From Eledone cirrhosa (Eukaryota), in assembly GCA_964016885.1 (NCBI GenBank), contig OZ024741.1, forward strand, positions 89,218,001-89,282,000: 64,000 bases of DNA, read 5' to 3'. Below are positions 23,836-37,127 of the stretch, piece by piece; within the stretch, counting starts at the first letter, position 1, and each line of letters starts with the position of its first letter. Made by a program: the position numbers and the translations under genes. The notes below the pieces were generated by a model, which worked only from the letters and a program-made list of their open reading frames with translations, had not been told where the DNA came from and made no database searches.

Positions 23836-26800
23836 CTGAAATAGAAAAGAAGAAAAAAAGAAATTATATATATATATACATATATATCATATACACACAT
23901 ATATAATAAGAATGTTAACAATTGGCACAATGTCACACATGGAGAGAGATGATTATAGTTGAAGCAGTTTGGGCTGGTTTGGTAGCAAAAGTGTTTTCAG
24001 GAAATTTTAGAACTGCACAAATCTTTGGGGTAAGTACCATGACCCAGTGTTTGATATTCTCCAAGTCTGAGAAGCATTTCTAATGACTATTTTTAAAAAC
24101 ATTTTGAGTATCTAAAGTCTTTTAACCATAATTTACCATGTTAGTTCATATAATAGGTGCTGAACTGCACATTAAAATAATTATTGCCTATAATCACTGA
24201 GACACACACACACCTGACCACAATGTTTGGTAAGAGAGTATGCATGATGAATTGTGTTGGTACAATTACTGTTATTAATGTTGTGCCCCGATAGAGTAGT
24301 ACCAGACTGAAATAAATACTGGATTTTGGGGTTCATCCCATTCCTGACAAATAGCACTTGTTAACCCTTTTGATGCCACCCCAATTCTTCATTATTTCAA
24401 AATACAGTAACTAAAGGTTTAAACTATTTTCCTTGTTTTTCTGTGTATAAAAATAATGTGAAGTTGACAAGTCAAAAACATATTTTAACTGTTAGAACAT
24501 GATGTGAATAGGTTTTCAATCAACCAATTGGCAGCTTGTAGGTTATCTGTTATGGTTCATTGGGAGAGAACACAGAAACTTATGACTTTCATGTACTTCT
24601 GAAGAGACAAGTTAGTCAAGTTAACAGATAGGGAAGTCCCCATCATCATCACCACTACCATTTAATGTCCATTCTCTCTGCTATCAATGGCTGGACAGGT
24701 TTTCACAAAAGAGTCAGCACCCAAGTGGAGTTATTGACTTTTTTTTAATGGGTTGAAGGAGGCTGTTGCATCTCACTTATATATCCCATGCAATGCCAAG
24801 TGCATTTTATCATGATACCAGCACTAGGAAGGTTATGTTTTTGATATAACCAAAGGGTGCTCCCAAGCTTTGTTTGGGAGGTTTTTATGTGGTTGTATGC
24901 CCTTCCTATCACCAACCACTTTAAGTGTATTGGGTGCGTTTATGTAGATCAACAATAATAGGGAGGCATTGATGTTGAAGTAAATGCAATATTTATACCA
25001 CACACCAGCACTCTACACAAATGTTTAATTAGGCAACAATCAAGATATGATATTCACAATCTGAATGAAGAGGGCTTCAACCATAAACTGAAATTGCAAT
25101 CATGGGCAGCTATATTTCCCCTGGAATGGATAGGGAAAGATTCTTTATGATCACGTAATGGATTCACTGAATTTTTAGAACTGAGGGAAGAAACGCTTCA
25201 CAGTTTTAGTCATGCCTTTTAAGTTCAAATCTCGCTGACATCAACATTACATTCCATCTTTCCAAGATGGATAAAACAGAGTGCCAGTTAAGTCAGTACG
25301 AAAGTTGATTTAACCGACTTCACTCTTCTACAAAGATTTATAGTCTAGTGCACATGTTAGAAATTTATATATATAATTATGAATAGTTAACCTTTTTGAT
25401 ACCAACCCACCTAAAACTTCAGTCTTCCCTGCTATATGTTTGTTTGTGTGTGTATAGACATCTATCTATCTATCTCTTTCTATCTATATATTGCCATGCG
25501 ATGTGTATAGACGATGCCAATTGTAAAAAGTGCTGAGTACTCAAATTCAATGAAATCTGTGAGAGAGAGTGGTCAAGCAAGACATGGAAGGTGGTGTTGG
25601 CCAATTTGGGGAGGCCGAACATCACAAAAATGATGACTGTGACTTATAGAAAAATGCTGTGCTGGAGAGGTCTCACACAGCCTATGAAGGCATGGAATAA
25701 CTGCCATAAAAATGACTGGCAGAGATGAAGATTGGGATGTATAATATTTATATGTTCTTATGAATTCCCATATACTAGTCTACCAACCTCTTTTCATTAC
25801 CCTTTCTACTGCTCACCCCCACTAATTTCTACTATGTCCTACTCCCATCATAGCTTTAACACTGTCTATTCATCTGCTGATCATCACCCCTTTCTTTACT
25901 ATTACTAGTCATCACTCTCACTCTTCCATCACTTCTATCACATAGGGCATTGGATTAGTAGAATGTTAGCATGTCAGTCACAGCTCTTTGTTCAAATCCC
26001 TGAACCCAACTTTACCTTTCATTCTCCCAGGGTCAATAAAATAAAGTACCAGTCAAGCACAAGGGTCAATTTAATCAACTTTCCTCTCCCCATAACACCC
26101 ATCTACACACACATCCAGTACTACCATTTTTATAACCCAGTCTCTTTCTTATCACTCTGGTCCTTTTTCCTATTAATCAATCTTCTATATACTAGTGTGG
26201 GGAGAGAGAATCATCTAGTGTGTGTGTGTGTGAATAGAAACTTAACATAAGGTAGAGAATACTCTTTAATATTGCCAAATATAAGACTCTGTAGTGTCAT
26301 TATATATAGGCATAGGCACTGCTGTACAGTTAAGAAGTTCCACATTGTTTTAGATTCAGTTCTCCAGTAATGTAGTGCAGGTGAATTGAGGTCTCACAAA
26401 AAGTGTTGAAAAATTGTATTTTTTCCTGTTCCCTAATAGAATAATTGTTTCTACTTTAGGCACAAGGCCAGCAATTACCCAGTGCGTTACTGGTACTTTA
26501 TTTTATCGACCCCATAAGGATGAAAGGCGAAGTAAACCAAACGTATATATAAAGGCGGTGCTCCGGCATGGTCACTGACTATGACCGAAACCAGTAAAGG
26601 TGTAAGAGTATTCACTGCAGAAACCTAACATTGTTTATGCCATATAACTTAGCAGTTCAATCCTTGGACAGGGTGAAAAGTTGTGTTCCTGAGAAAATGT
26701 ATATATATATATATACATAAATACAGACATGCCTGTGGGGTAAGAAGCTTAAGTTAGATAAAATCTGTTTTAAGCCAAAGGCTTGGCGTTAAACAACAGA

Positions 26801-28141
26801 GTAAAAGACTCTCCCTGGACAGGACGCCAGTCCATCGCATGATTAACTCCCCAACTACTTGCAGGTAGTCACTCTTAGCTGAGTGTACTGAAGCAACATG
26901 AAATAAAGTGCTTTGCTCAAGAACACAACACATCACTCATTCCAGGAATCGATCCGGCGACATTATAATCCTAGGTCCAATATACGCCAACCATTAAGCC
27001 ATGTGGCCTCACATTAAGAAGCCTGCTATGTTTGAAGCTCACCTCGAGTTGATCAATGCTACATGGGAGAAATGTGGTTGCCAGCAACTTCGAAGCCCAT
27101 CATAATAATATGGAGTTTTCCCCTGCTTCTGGTAGGTCTAAACCTAATTTTTTGCAATTCTAAATTAAATTTTGTGCAGTTAAAATTAGCCATTACAAAT
27201 GCTTCTCAGACACAGAGTAACAACCCCTGGGTCATGACACCAGCCTGAAAGTGCAGTTCTAAAATTTCCTTAAAATAAATCATGGTGTGTATGTATATCT
27301 CTACATGTAACTTTGCAGTGATACTGGTTGAACAATCACTGAGCTTTTTTTTCTTTTTTTTTTTGTTCTGCAGGTTTGGTTTGACAAGTGAAGACTGGTA
27401 GAGTGAATTACCTTATTTGTTATTGTATATCATTTGAAAATAGGTATGGGTTAGTCGCAGGAAGGGCATCCAATCGTATAATACTGCCTCAAAAAGTCCC
27501 ATCCAACCAATGGTCATAAAAACGATGATCACACGCACATACAAACATACATAATGTATACACTCAATACATATATAGATTACACACGCCCATAAACGTT
27601 GCGTTTTGTGAGTATTTATGGCTCAGTGATAAGATTTCCTATAGGAAATTATCTGCTGGAACAAGACATTTATTTCACGTTACTCCAGTCCAGTCAGTTG
27701 GAAAAACTCAGTTGTGCTTTTAATTCAACAGGGACCACCATTGTCATTGTCACGTTTAATCTCCATGAAACTACACGTGGTTTTGAACTGCTGATCACTT
27801 GCACATTAATTTCACGAGCAGGCTGTTCCTTTGTTCGAACAATAGGAACATACATCGTCCTAACCGACGGAGATCCAACAATACTACACTCACAGATACA
27901 TGTACGCGCAAATGTATTAGTGCGTCAAACAAATGTAAGCATTGAATTACATCGACATAACCATTCAAAAATATACACCGATAAATTAAGCACCAGACGA
28001 AATAATGGGGTCCATACAATTAATTTTTGTAGAAACACTTGAGAGTAGTGTTCCAGCATGGCCGCAATTCAAAGAATGAAACCAGTAAAAAATATCTATT
28101 TATATAACATGTATGTCACAAGAAGGAAAAAAAAAAACCGC

Positions 28142-28301
28142 TTTCGCGGGCTATATGTGAGAGAAAGAAAGAAAGATGAATTCAGTGCATTTATTGGCTG
28201 CTACATTCCCGCGATTTCAACTACAACAACGGTTAAGAGGCGGAGCTAAGTCCAACAGGCGGGGAGGACATCAGTGAATTCGAGACGTCATGATTACGTA
28301 A
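28142..28301. promoter_or_regulatory. CpG-enriched intronic cluster of promoter-type motifs
   Basis: TTTCGCGG and TTCCCGCG (E2F-like), ATTGG (CCAAT rc), GGCGGAGC and GGCGGGG (GC boxes), GACGTCA and TTACGTAA (bZIP sites), all within 160 bp. Confidence 0.45.
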
Positions 28302-29366
28302 GGCAAACAACATTACCTTACATGTTGGTGTTAATTGTTGTTTAGCCCCAGCACATTCCATCAACCAGACCTTATTGTCAAAAGAGTTCTAGCCATGATC
28401 ATCCCCAGTTTATCACTAGAACTCGTCTTTTATTTTCCCCCCCAGGAAGACGTTATTTAGAAGATTTAGTAACCCCCTCATTTAGCATACATGGTCAATT
28501 TAAGACTTTCTATGTTTTTTCTATAGTTCGTTCGTTCATCCATCTGTTTAGGTTCCTATCCAGTTCACACCTAATTTGAGATCCAGAATTTGTCTTTCAC
28601 CGAAATAAAGTTTTATAAAACGAACACGTAAAACACATACAATGATATGAAGACGTGAGAGTGGGGGGGGGGGTATAACTACATGGCAACATTTTTATTT
28701 ATTCTGACATAAGGTAAATAAATGGTCCGATCTAGAAGTTCATGAAATAAGGTGAGCAGTTTTTTTAGTAGAGGTGCATTAAGAAATTGAGGAAGTGAAC
28801 AGCGTAGACTATGTGGAGGACGAGAGTATATTCGTGGAGGCTCTGAGATGAAAAGTCTAGATTCTTAGAGTATCTGTTTAATTCATGGACAAGCTAGTAA
28901 AGAAACCAATTTCACTTTGCTTTTGATTGCTTTAGAGAAAAGGCACGAACGTCACCACACGTAGGACCGCATTAATGTCAATCTAATGGTGCACCCCTTC
29001 TCTAACTGACAGTACTGGACGTGAAATAAATTAAAAATTTAGTTTTCTACTAGTCTAGACTCCACAACTATAATACAACCTTTTATCTTTTATTTAACAC
29101 TATATATCATCATCCTTTTTACGACCATTGTTCTATGCATGCATGGCTAAGTAATTAATACTCATTCCTTTACTATCATTAGACTACGACTATGTTGGAA
29201 CACTATCTTGATATCTAAGAATTATTTTAATTTAAGGCTAGGGCAACAGGAAAAAATGAGGCAAGCAACTAGGTGATCTAAGCACGTCCTTGTTTTATTT
29301 AGTGATAACTTAACATCAAACAACTTATCAAAATAAGAAAAAAATTAAATAAAACGAATCATTTAC

Positions 29367-29756
29367 CTGTTGATGTGAATGAAAATACTGTCCCATTTTC
29401 TATCGATTGCATTCGAGCCCTTAGCATCCGCCGGTGGTCTGCGAGGCTTCGTTTTTCTAATAAGAGTTCCTGTTCGTGTATTTTACAATCTTCAATCGCG
29501 ACAATAGCCTCATCGACGATTCTTTTTGTCGATGCTTTAGGGTCGTCTCGAATTTTTTCGACAGATTCTTTTAAATGTGCTAACCGTACTGACATTGCAG
29601 CACGACGCCTCCGTTCTAGTTCGTTGTGGACTTTTTTCTCTTCCTCTGTCATGCATTTTCGTTTTTTTCTTTCTGTAGCAACTGTTGGTGTGCTGCATGT
29701 GTCTGTATGGGACAGTCTTATAATGGATTCTTGTATTCTCTCCGGAGAAATTATTG
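29367..29756 (-). CDS. Myc-like bHLH-Zip gene, coding exon 2 (bHLH-leucine zipper)
   Basis: Acceptor tttttccattag at 29757, phase 1, in frame with exon 1. Encodes KKVHNELERRRRAAMSVRLAHLKESV..KASTKRIVDEAIVAIEDCKIHEQELLLEKRSLADHRRMLRARM. If not spliced onward it stops at 29359. Confidence 0.88.
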
Positions 29757-31938
29757 CTAATGGAAAAATAAAAAATAAAAATAAAATTTATTTTTACAAA
29801 GATAAAGATGTTCGAGTCATTTGAACTAAACCAAAAATTCGTGAGGGGGGGGGGGGGGGGGAGGGATTCAGAAGTCGGTAGAAATGGAAGCTACAATGGG
29901 ATATTCTGGTTTTAGTCATTGGCATGTGACTATAACCGATTACTTCGATAAGAGTACTATTTTATCAATCGCAGGATGATGAAAAGCAAAGTGAACCACG
30001 ATGGGATTCGAACTTGAAATTTATAAGAATGTAATCAAATGCTACAAAGTATACATATACTGTTCGACGCTCGATCGAATATGCCATCCATTTGCTATAT
30101 TATAGTTTGTTCGACTGATACGAGAACCTTAGCTATCAGATATACTAGATATATAGCCCAGCGTTATTACTGTTTAGGTCAGAGGGAATTAAGAGGGCAT
30201 CTATGCCGTTGTTCCACCTGTTAGAAATACCCCCTCCCCATATATATACCTACCGAATTAAACAAGGAAATAACTCATTGGATAATGTAGTTCTACATAA
30301 CACACACACACACAAAGGAATTTGCTTTATCATAGCTGATCTAGGGTTAAACAAGCGTTTCAGTCATTTCCAATGATACTCTTACGTATTTTAATGAAAC
30401 CAGCGAATTTTAAGGAGCTGTAGATGAATATTTTTCACGTTTATACCTGTATCGAGGATTGGACGACGTAAGTAATGTTAACTGATTTTAGTGGGGTATC
30501 GAACCTGGCCGTAGAATTAAAAAGCTAGGTCGGATAAATTCTGTATATTAACTACACGAAAAATACATGGTGTTCTCTCGAATAACCATGAGTATGTATG
30601 TGGTCGAACTACACTGTCAATTATTTGGTGAAATTGATAGAAAAAAAAAAAAAGTTTTGTCTAGGAAAAAAAACGTCACTTTTTGTTTAATAATAGTTGT
30701 TAAAGAAATTATACAAAGAATAGAATATTTTTAATCATTTATTAACTGTCATCACTTGTACACAATGAAGTGAATAAAAGTAAACCTGAAATAAACTGAA
30801 ATCAGTCGTTTATTGAAGTTTTTCTGGATTCAGTTAACGTACTACATAGGTATGTTTAGTGCTAACATTTAATAACTAACCTACCTACTACTTACATAAC
30901 GGATGTTTAACATACGGGTACGATATCTTTTGTCTGAACTGAAGTAAGAATTTAGGTAAAGGGGAGAGGGAGAATACTACGGATAGAAGTGACATTTTCT
31001 TTCTCACTTTATTCTATCGATCAGATTGACAAATGTGAGCGTTACAATAAATGCCAAATAGTATTTAATTTCGTCCGTTCAAATATTGACAGAATTGACG
31101 TTTATCCAACAAATCGATAGGACAACTTAACTAAGGTAGTTTTCTAACTTCGACGTTTTAATTATTTAGCCCAGGTCAGCACTGACCGAACAGACCTGAC
31201 CAATGGTATTCCTTCCCTATATATTGTGTTTTAAGATAGTAGGGTGTGATTTGATGGAATTTGGCTGCTATTGACAAAAGGTCGAGCGGTCGTATAGAAA
31301 TAGAAAGCCCTGACAAATTTCGAGATTGAAAAGTGGGACACAATAATCATAAAACTGGATTGTTTACAACAATCCGGGACAAGCTCTACGACATTATGAT
31401 GTTTTGTAATGACATGATAGTACTGTAGTCTGTTTTAACCATGATAGCTGACCATGCTGGAGCACCACCTAATACCTGAAATTTTCAATTAAGTGATAGC
31501 CGTGCAGTAGAGATAAAAAAAATAACTGTTGCACTTAGTCTTTGACTGACACATAAGACCGCAAACATATGGGGGAGGGAGATATAGCTGACTGAATCGA
31601 CCTTTACTATTCGACCCCGAAGGGCATTGTTGAACTCCAACGGAAATTGAATTAACAACATTAAGTGACATAACTAAATTACTTCAATTTAAAAGAAATT
31701 GAAAACTATGGTATGTCTACGAACCAATAAAGGGTAAAAGAAAACTAATTCAGTCTTCATATGAATGAGTGGCGAAATTCAGAAAAAGAATAAATAAAAA
31801 GATTTAAAAAAATATTTGTCACTAATCAGCAAGTTCCTTTTACCATTAGTTCACTGGCATACATTTTAACTACCGTTGTTAAACTATAAAGCAACTATAC
31901 AGAAACAAAGAAAATGCTAGTCACACATTAACAGCCAC

Positions 31939-31975
<37 letters not shown>

Positions 31976-33639
31976 AATTACAACTAATTTTACGAACAAC
32001 ACATCAAACAAATCTAGCTGAAATTATTCGATGTATAAAAGAGCCTGCTTCTTAAATTCTATTTCGGATGTCAAAAAATTAGAGAACTTAAGGGAGTATT
32101 TAAACTGCCGATTTTGAAAAATACTGATACAACTGGTTTTTCGGAGTATGTATCCTTTTCTCAGTAAAGATTTTAATAAAAAAAAAAAAATATATATATA
32201 TATATATATAACGGCTAGACATTCTCCCCCCACCATCCAAACTATGAATGAGGCACAACCTATCACTTCCACTTATCTATCCTTTAACATATAGCTGTTA
32301 GGCAAACAGACGGTAGAGAAGCGGGCAATACAATGTGAATCGGAATGTTTGACATTATGTTCTCTATCTCTCATTTACACACACACACGCACGCGCGCAA
32401 GAAACGATTTTTAAAAAAACGGGACTTGATAACCACATTAGAAGGGAGAGTGGGTAGATTCGGTGCAGACGGTAACAAGTCGGAATAGATTGCATATCTA
32501 CTTTAACATTGCCACGGTTCGAAACCCGCCCGGGTTAACGGGAAAAAAAATGCACAAGCAGTATATGGAAGTTTAGTCAGCACAGACTTTTTGTAAATGA
32601 GTAAGAGAACTTATTTCTCAGCTGCGACAAAGCCAGTCAAGCTAAGCGACAAGTTCTCTGCAAACTTTCGATTCCCACTAGGGAATGCCCTTGGGGGGAA
32701 ATAAACATTTATAGCTAAAAATAAATCTGAATCGACATGGAATAAGTTGGTATGCCTTGTGGAGAAACGAGATTGTGTGATGTTCATGCATTTCTCAAGA
32801 GTATTAATGATGGCATAGGAAAAGCAACAGACTTGATTACCACAAACAATTGTATACAACATGTATACGAGCTAACGAGAGGACCATTACACGGTCGCTT
32901 GCCATGCTAGAAATGGCAGCCAAATTTCCAATAACATTGTATCGTCCTAGATATACAAAAAACGGGGGATGGTCATGACTGAAATATTTTTATTGTAAGT
33001 TTGCTCGATCAGAGTTCAAGTAAATTTAGCTTTACTTTATCTTCTACAATGCAGAAAACTTAAAAATAAAACACGCTCATAAAGGAAAGTGTTTTGGGGA
33101 CAAAAGAAACCGTGAAAGACGAGTGAAATATTTATATAGCATGGATTAATTAGCACTTATTTTTGTTGGATGGTCTGAAGAAAGGGTGGGTAATAGTAAA
33201 GCCTATTAGCTAACTTACGAGTAAACATTGATATTAAAGGTGGTAAATTGTGGTTTAAATCCAAGTTAGCCTTGATTAAGAAGGCCTATTAATCAAAGAC
33301 ATTCCTGTCACGACAATATATAAATGGTAGTATTATTTCATCCAATATAACAGAGAATTGAAAGAAATCTTACATGTTGTTCTCAAAAAGAATCAAGTGT
33401 GTGGTATTTGAATTCAATCATATTTTATACAATTGCACAATTGATATTTCAAAAAATATTAAATATAAGAATTTAATTATGTTCGTGTTTGTATTCTGAT
33501 TTCCATAATAAAATTCGCCGGTTGAGTTCATAAATATAAAAAATAGAAGCAATTAGCTAAGTAGATAACTAATTAGTTATGGTTGAAGGAAAATAATTTT
33601 ATCAACGAATAAGTATTTGCTAAGAAACATAAGTCTCAC

Positions 33640-34306
33640 CTGTTCTTTTTCCTTTCTGAATTCGTTGGACGAAGTTTTTCTTAGGCGGTCGACCTCGCTT
33701 CCCCTTTTCGTTGGAAGCAGACAGTGGTTTGTTCTGTGTTCGTTCAACTGGAGCTAGGAAATTTGATTTACTTAGTAAAGTCCGAAAATCAAAAGAATTC
33801 TCAGATGTATTTAATCCGAGTGGTGAATCTGGTTGCGTTGACAATGGGGAACCGACAGAAGAATGTTGGGACCAGGGTGAGGGAGGTGCTGAAGTTTGTG
33901 AAGAAAAAAATTCTCGGGAAGATGATGGGGACGGTGTTTGTTGTTCGTCTTGACCGGTTGCCAAGAAATCTGACTCGTAATTGGTGTGTGCCGGAGAAGG
34001 GTTTGCAGATAAGTTAGGGTTACGAGTCGATCTGCTGCTATTGCGGTCGACGTTTTCACCGTTGTGATTGTCAGGACGATGAGCGATGAGTAGGTCGGGG
34101 TCCGAAAATAACATATCAAAATTATCGAAGTTGAAGTCACTGAAAGGATCCGACGATGATAACCATTCATCATTGACAGAATTTAACTCCAGAGATTGTG
34201 ACATGAATTCGAACTCTTCTAAAGTGGGGTCATTGTGGAGCAAAGGCCACGCAGATGGGTCAATAAGATCTGCAGCTATTTCACTCATACTTTTTTTATC
34301 ATTCAT
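33640..34306 (-). CDS. Myc-like bHLH-Zip gene, coding exon 1 (acidic, Ser/Pro-rich region + AT-hook)
   Basis: aaaATG start, 222 open codons, KRGRPPK at 33680-33700, donor AG|GTGAGA at 33640 (phase 1). Confidence 0.82.
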
Positions 34307-34411
34307 TTTGTGCAGTGTATTTTTCTTTGACGTATTTTTTTTTTTTTAATTTACGCGTGTATAGTAAATTTAATTTGTGCGTAAGTTTCCGTTTCAAATC
34401 AAACCAGATGT

Positions 34412-34443
<32 letters not shown>

Positions 34444-34474
34444 TATATATATATAAATATATATATATATAAAT

Positions 34475-34523
<49 letters not shown>

Positions 34524-34599
34524 TATATTAAAAAAAAAAAGTTCCAACTTAAACTGGTGTATTTCCAATATAGGATCTTTAGAGTTGATACAACCCCAG

Positions 34600-34760
34600 T
34601 TAAAAAAAAAAAACTGCCGGCTTTTTAGCGAGCAACTGCCGGAACACGTTTAAACATGAAAATACTATAAGATTCACGTCGACAGAAAGATTTTATTTGT
34701 AGAAAGACCCGCCTTTTTCTGTAAGGCGGAGCTGAAATTTGTTGTTGACCAATCAGACAC
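34600..34760 (-). promoter_or_regulatory. Putative promoter of the Myc-like gene
   Basis: CCAAT (34749-34753), GC boxes (34708-34713, 34725-34732) and a TATA-like TAAAAA on the minus strand near 34625. Locally CpG-rich, ~300-450 bp upstream of the ATG. Confidence 0.5.
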
Positions 34761-35402
34761 TAGTTGTATTTTATGAATCGAAATCTTTTGTTAGAAATGT
34801 TATTGTTGCTTTTTATTTTCTGGACTTGACGTGTGTGTTTGTTTATATATGTTTATATGTCTATATTTACATGTCTGTTTGTTTGTGTGAGTATATATAT
34901 CTGTGAGTGAATGAGTGTGTGTATGTATGTGAAAGTTAGTAAATATGTATTTCTCTACATGTGTGTGTCTATGTGCGTGTATGCTTGTTTACATATCTAT
35001 TTGCGCGTATATTTGTTTACATGTGTGTGCATAAATAATTATGTGTGTATAGTGTATATGCGAATATGCTTGTTTACATATGTATATTTGTTTACGTATC
35101 TATGAATGGGTGTGTGTGTGTGTGTGCGTAAATAAATATATGTGTATCTCTGTGCGAATATGCTTGTTTACATATGTATCTGCATGTGTGTTTGTTTACC
35201 TATCTATGAATGTGTGTAAAATATGTTTATACATGCGGAAATCGATGTGCACGAGGCTAGATGGGAAAATGTATGAGAGTGTGTGTGTATATATATATAT
35301 AAGATTAGAAAAGACGTATGTATGCATATATGAATGTATATACAAAATATGTGCACGTAAAATGTGTGTATATATATATATATATATACACACATATATA
35401 TC

Positions 35403-35597
35403 GACGTTCGTCAAATCGGACCGAGGAAACAATGTTTCCGTTGGTCTTTCCAATTGCTAATACTACCTATCGGTCGCAACTCGAAGTAGGAGCAACGTGA
35501 AATAAAGTGTCTCGCTCAAGGACATAACGCATCGCCCGGTCCAGGAATCGAACTCAACCTCACGATTGCGAATCCAAATCTCTAACCACTCAGCCAT
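35403..35597 (-). mobile_element. SINE family B
   Basis: Highly similar to 1975-2183, with A and B boxes on the minus strand. Confidence 0.8.
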
Positions 35598-35904
35598 GTA
35601 TATATATATATATATATATCGACTATACATATATATATATGTGTGTGTGTGTGTGTATGTATCACATATGTATGTGTGTGTGTGTGTGTTATGTATTACC
35701 GTGGAAAAGGTAAAGGAAAGAAAATACATATATATGTGTATATATATGTATATTGAAGCATCTCCTCATCACTTAAGGATGTGCCTATACCTGGCATAAG
35801 GAAATATACTAAACAGTTCATTGAAAAAACGGACTTTTTATGTATATATATATATATATACATTGATATTAAATAAATGGAAACTATATTTATAAAACCG
35901 TATT

Positions 35905-35966
35905 TATTCTATTATATATATTTCAAGGGTACCAAAAATTTTGGTCCGCTATCATCAGATAAAATA
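35905..35966 (-). ncRNA. Type I hammerhead (minus arm of the palindrome)
   Basis: Exact reverse complement of 36113-36174. Confidence 0.75.
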
Positions 35967-36112
35967 CAAAATGTTTTATAAATATTTGACATGACCAAGG
36001 ATGATATACCTTAACGGTTCAAGTTATCCCTGGAAAGTCAAAACTCCAGGGATAACTTGAACCGTTAAGGTATATTATCATTGGTCATGTCAAATATTTA
36101 TAAAACATTTTG

Positions 36113-36174
36113 TATTTTATCTGATGATAGCGGACCAAAATTTTTGGTACCCTTGAAATATATATAATAGAATA
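36113..36174 (+). ncRNA. Type I hammerhead (plus arm of the palindrome)
   Basis: uauuuuau-CUGAUGA-uagcgg accaaaa u uuuuggu acccuu-GAAA-uauaua-UA-auagaaua. The base of stem II is imperfect. Confidence 0.75.
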
Positions 36175-36305
36175 AATACGGTTTTATAAATATAGTTTCC
36201 ATTTATTTAATATCATTGAATACTTACTCCAGAAATCTGTCGAGTGCTCTGAATCAGTTGTAAACATCTATATTTGTTGGATTTCCAACAAATTAAATAT
36301 CTCTT

Positions 36306-36391
<86 letters not shown>

Positions 36392-36405
36392 GTGTGTGTG
36401 TGTAT

Positions 36406-36531
36406 CAGGGGCGAAGGGTCCGTGCATGCAACGCATGCAGTGCATGCTTTATAGAATCTTGAGTTGATCAATTGCGTCGGTTGAAGCAAGCAGAATTTTG
36501 GCTGCTTACTAAAACGTAGACACAAAAAAAG

Positions 36532-36588
<57 letters not shown>

Positions 36589-36592
36589 ACAA

Positions 36593-36625
<33 letters not shown>

Positions 36626-36858
36626 CACATACACACAAACACACGACAGCTTTGGGGCAGGTAGAATTTTGACTGCTTACTAAATCGTAGACACATAAAA
36701 AGATAACACACACACTAGATAACACTACATGCGGCTTTGACCGGGAGGGTCATTTAGAGGGAATGCGGGGGGGGGGGGGGGGTAAGGCTGCACAGCCCCA
36801 TTTTCCGCCATGGCGATTGGACTGCATGCCCTGCTTTCCAGGTTACCCTTCGCCACTG
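36406..36858. mobile_element. hAT-type MITE
   Basis: TIRs caggggcgaagggt / acccttcgccactg. 8-bp TSD gtgtgtat/gtatgtat (7 of 8 match). Internal ~50-bp direct repeats flank (CA)n. Confidence 0.75.
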
Positions 36859-36871
36859 GTATGTATGTATG

Positions 36872-36915
<44 letters not shown>

Positions 36916-37127
36916 TGTGTGTGTGTGTATATATGTGTGTGTGTGTGTATATGTATGTGTGTGTGTGTATATGTATGTGTGTGTGTGTATGTATGTATAT
37001 ATTTTTATGTATATGTGTATGTATGTATATCGTATTCTGTGTGCACATGTATTTTTTCCGTTATTTTAATTCAGCCTCACTTTCATTTTTAATAGATTTT
37101 AATTTCCAATCTTATATCCATAACAAA

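Larger units (their letters stand above)
35864..36215. repeat. 352-bp near-perfect palindrome of a hammerhead-bearing Penelope-type tail
   Basis: ~171-bp arms around a 10-nt loop (36035-36044). The plus arm continues as a unique tail to ~36305. Confidence 0.9.

Noticed and set aside
29375-29824. Plus-strand ORFs over the Myc-like exons (also 33711-34349)
   Set aside because: These are antisense shadows of real coding exons.
34613-34632. TAAAAAGCCGG resembling, from memory, the vertebrate MYC P2 TATA context
   Set aside because: An 11-nt match across such a distance is most likely chance.
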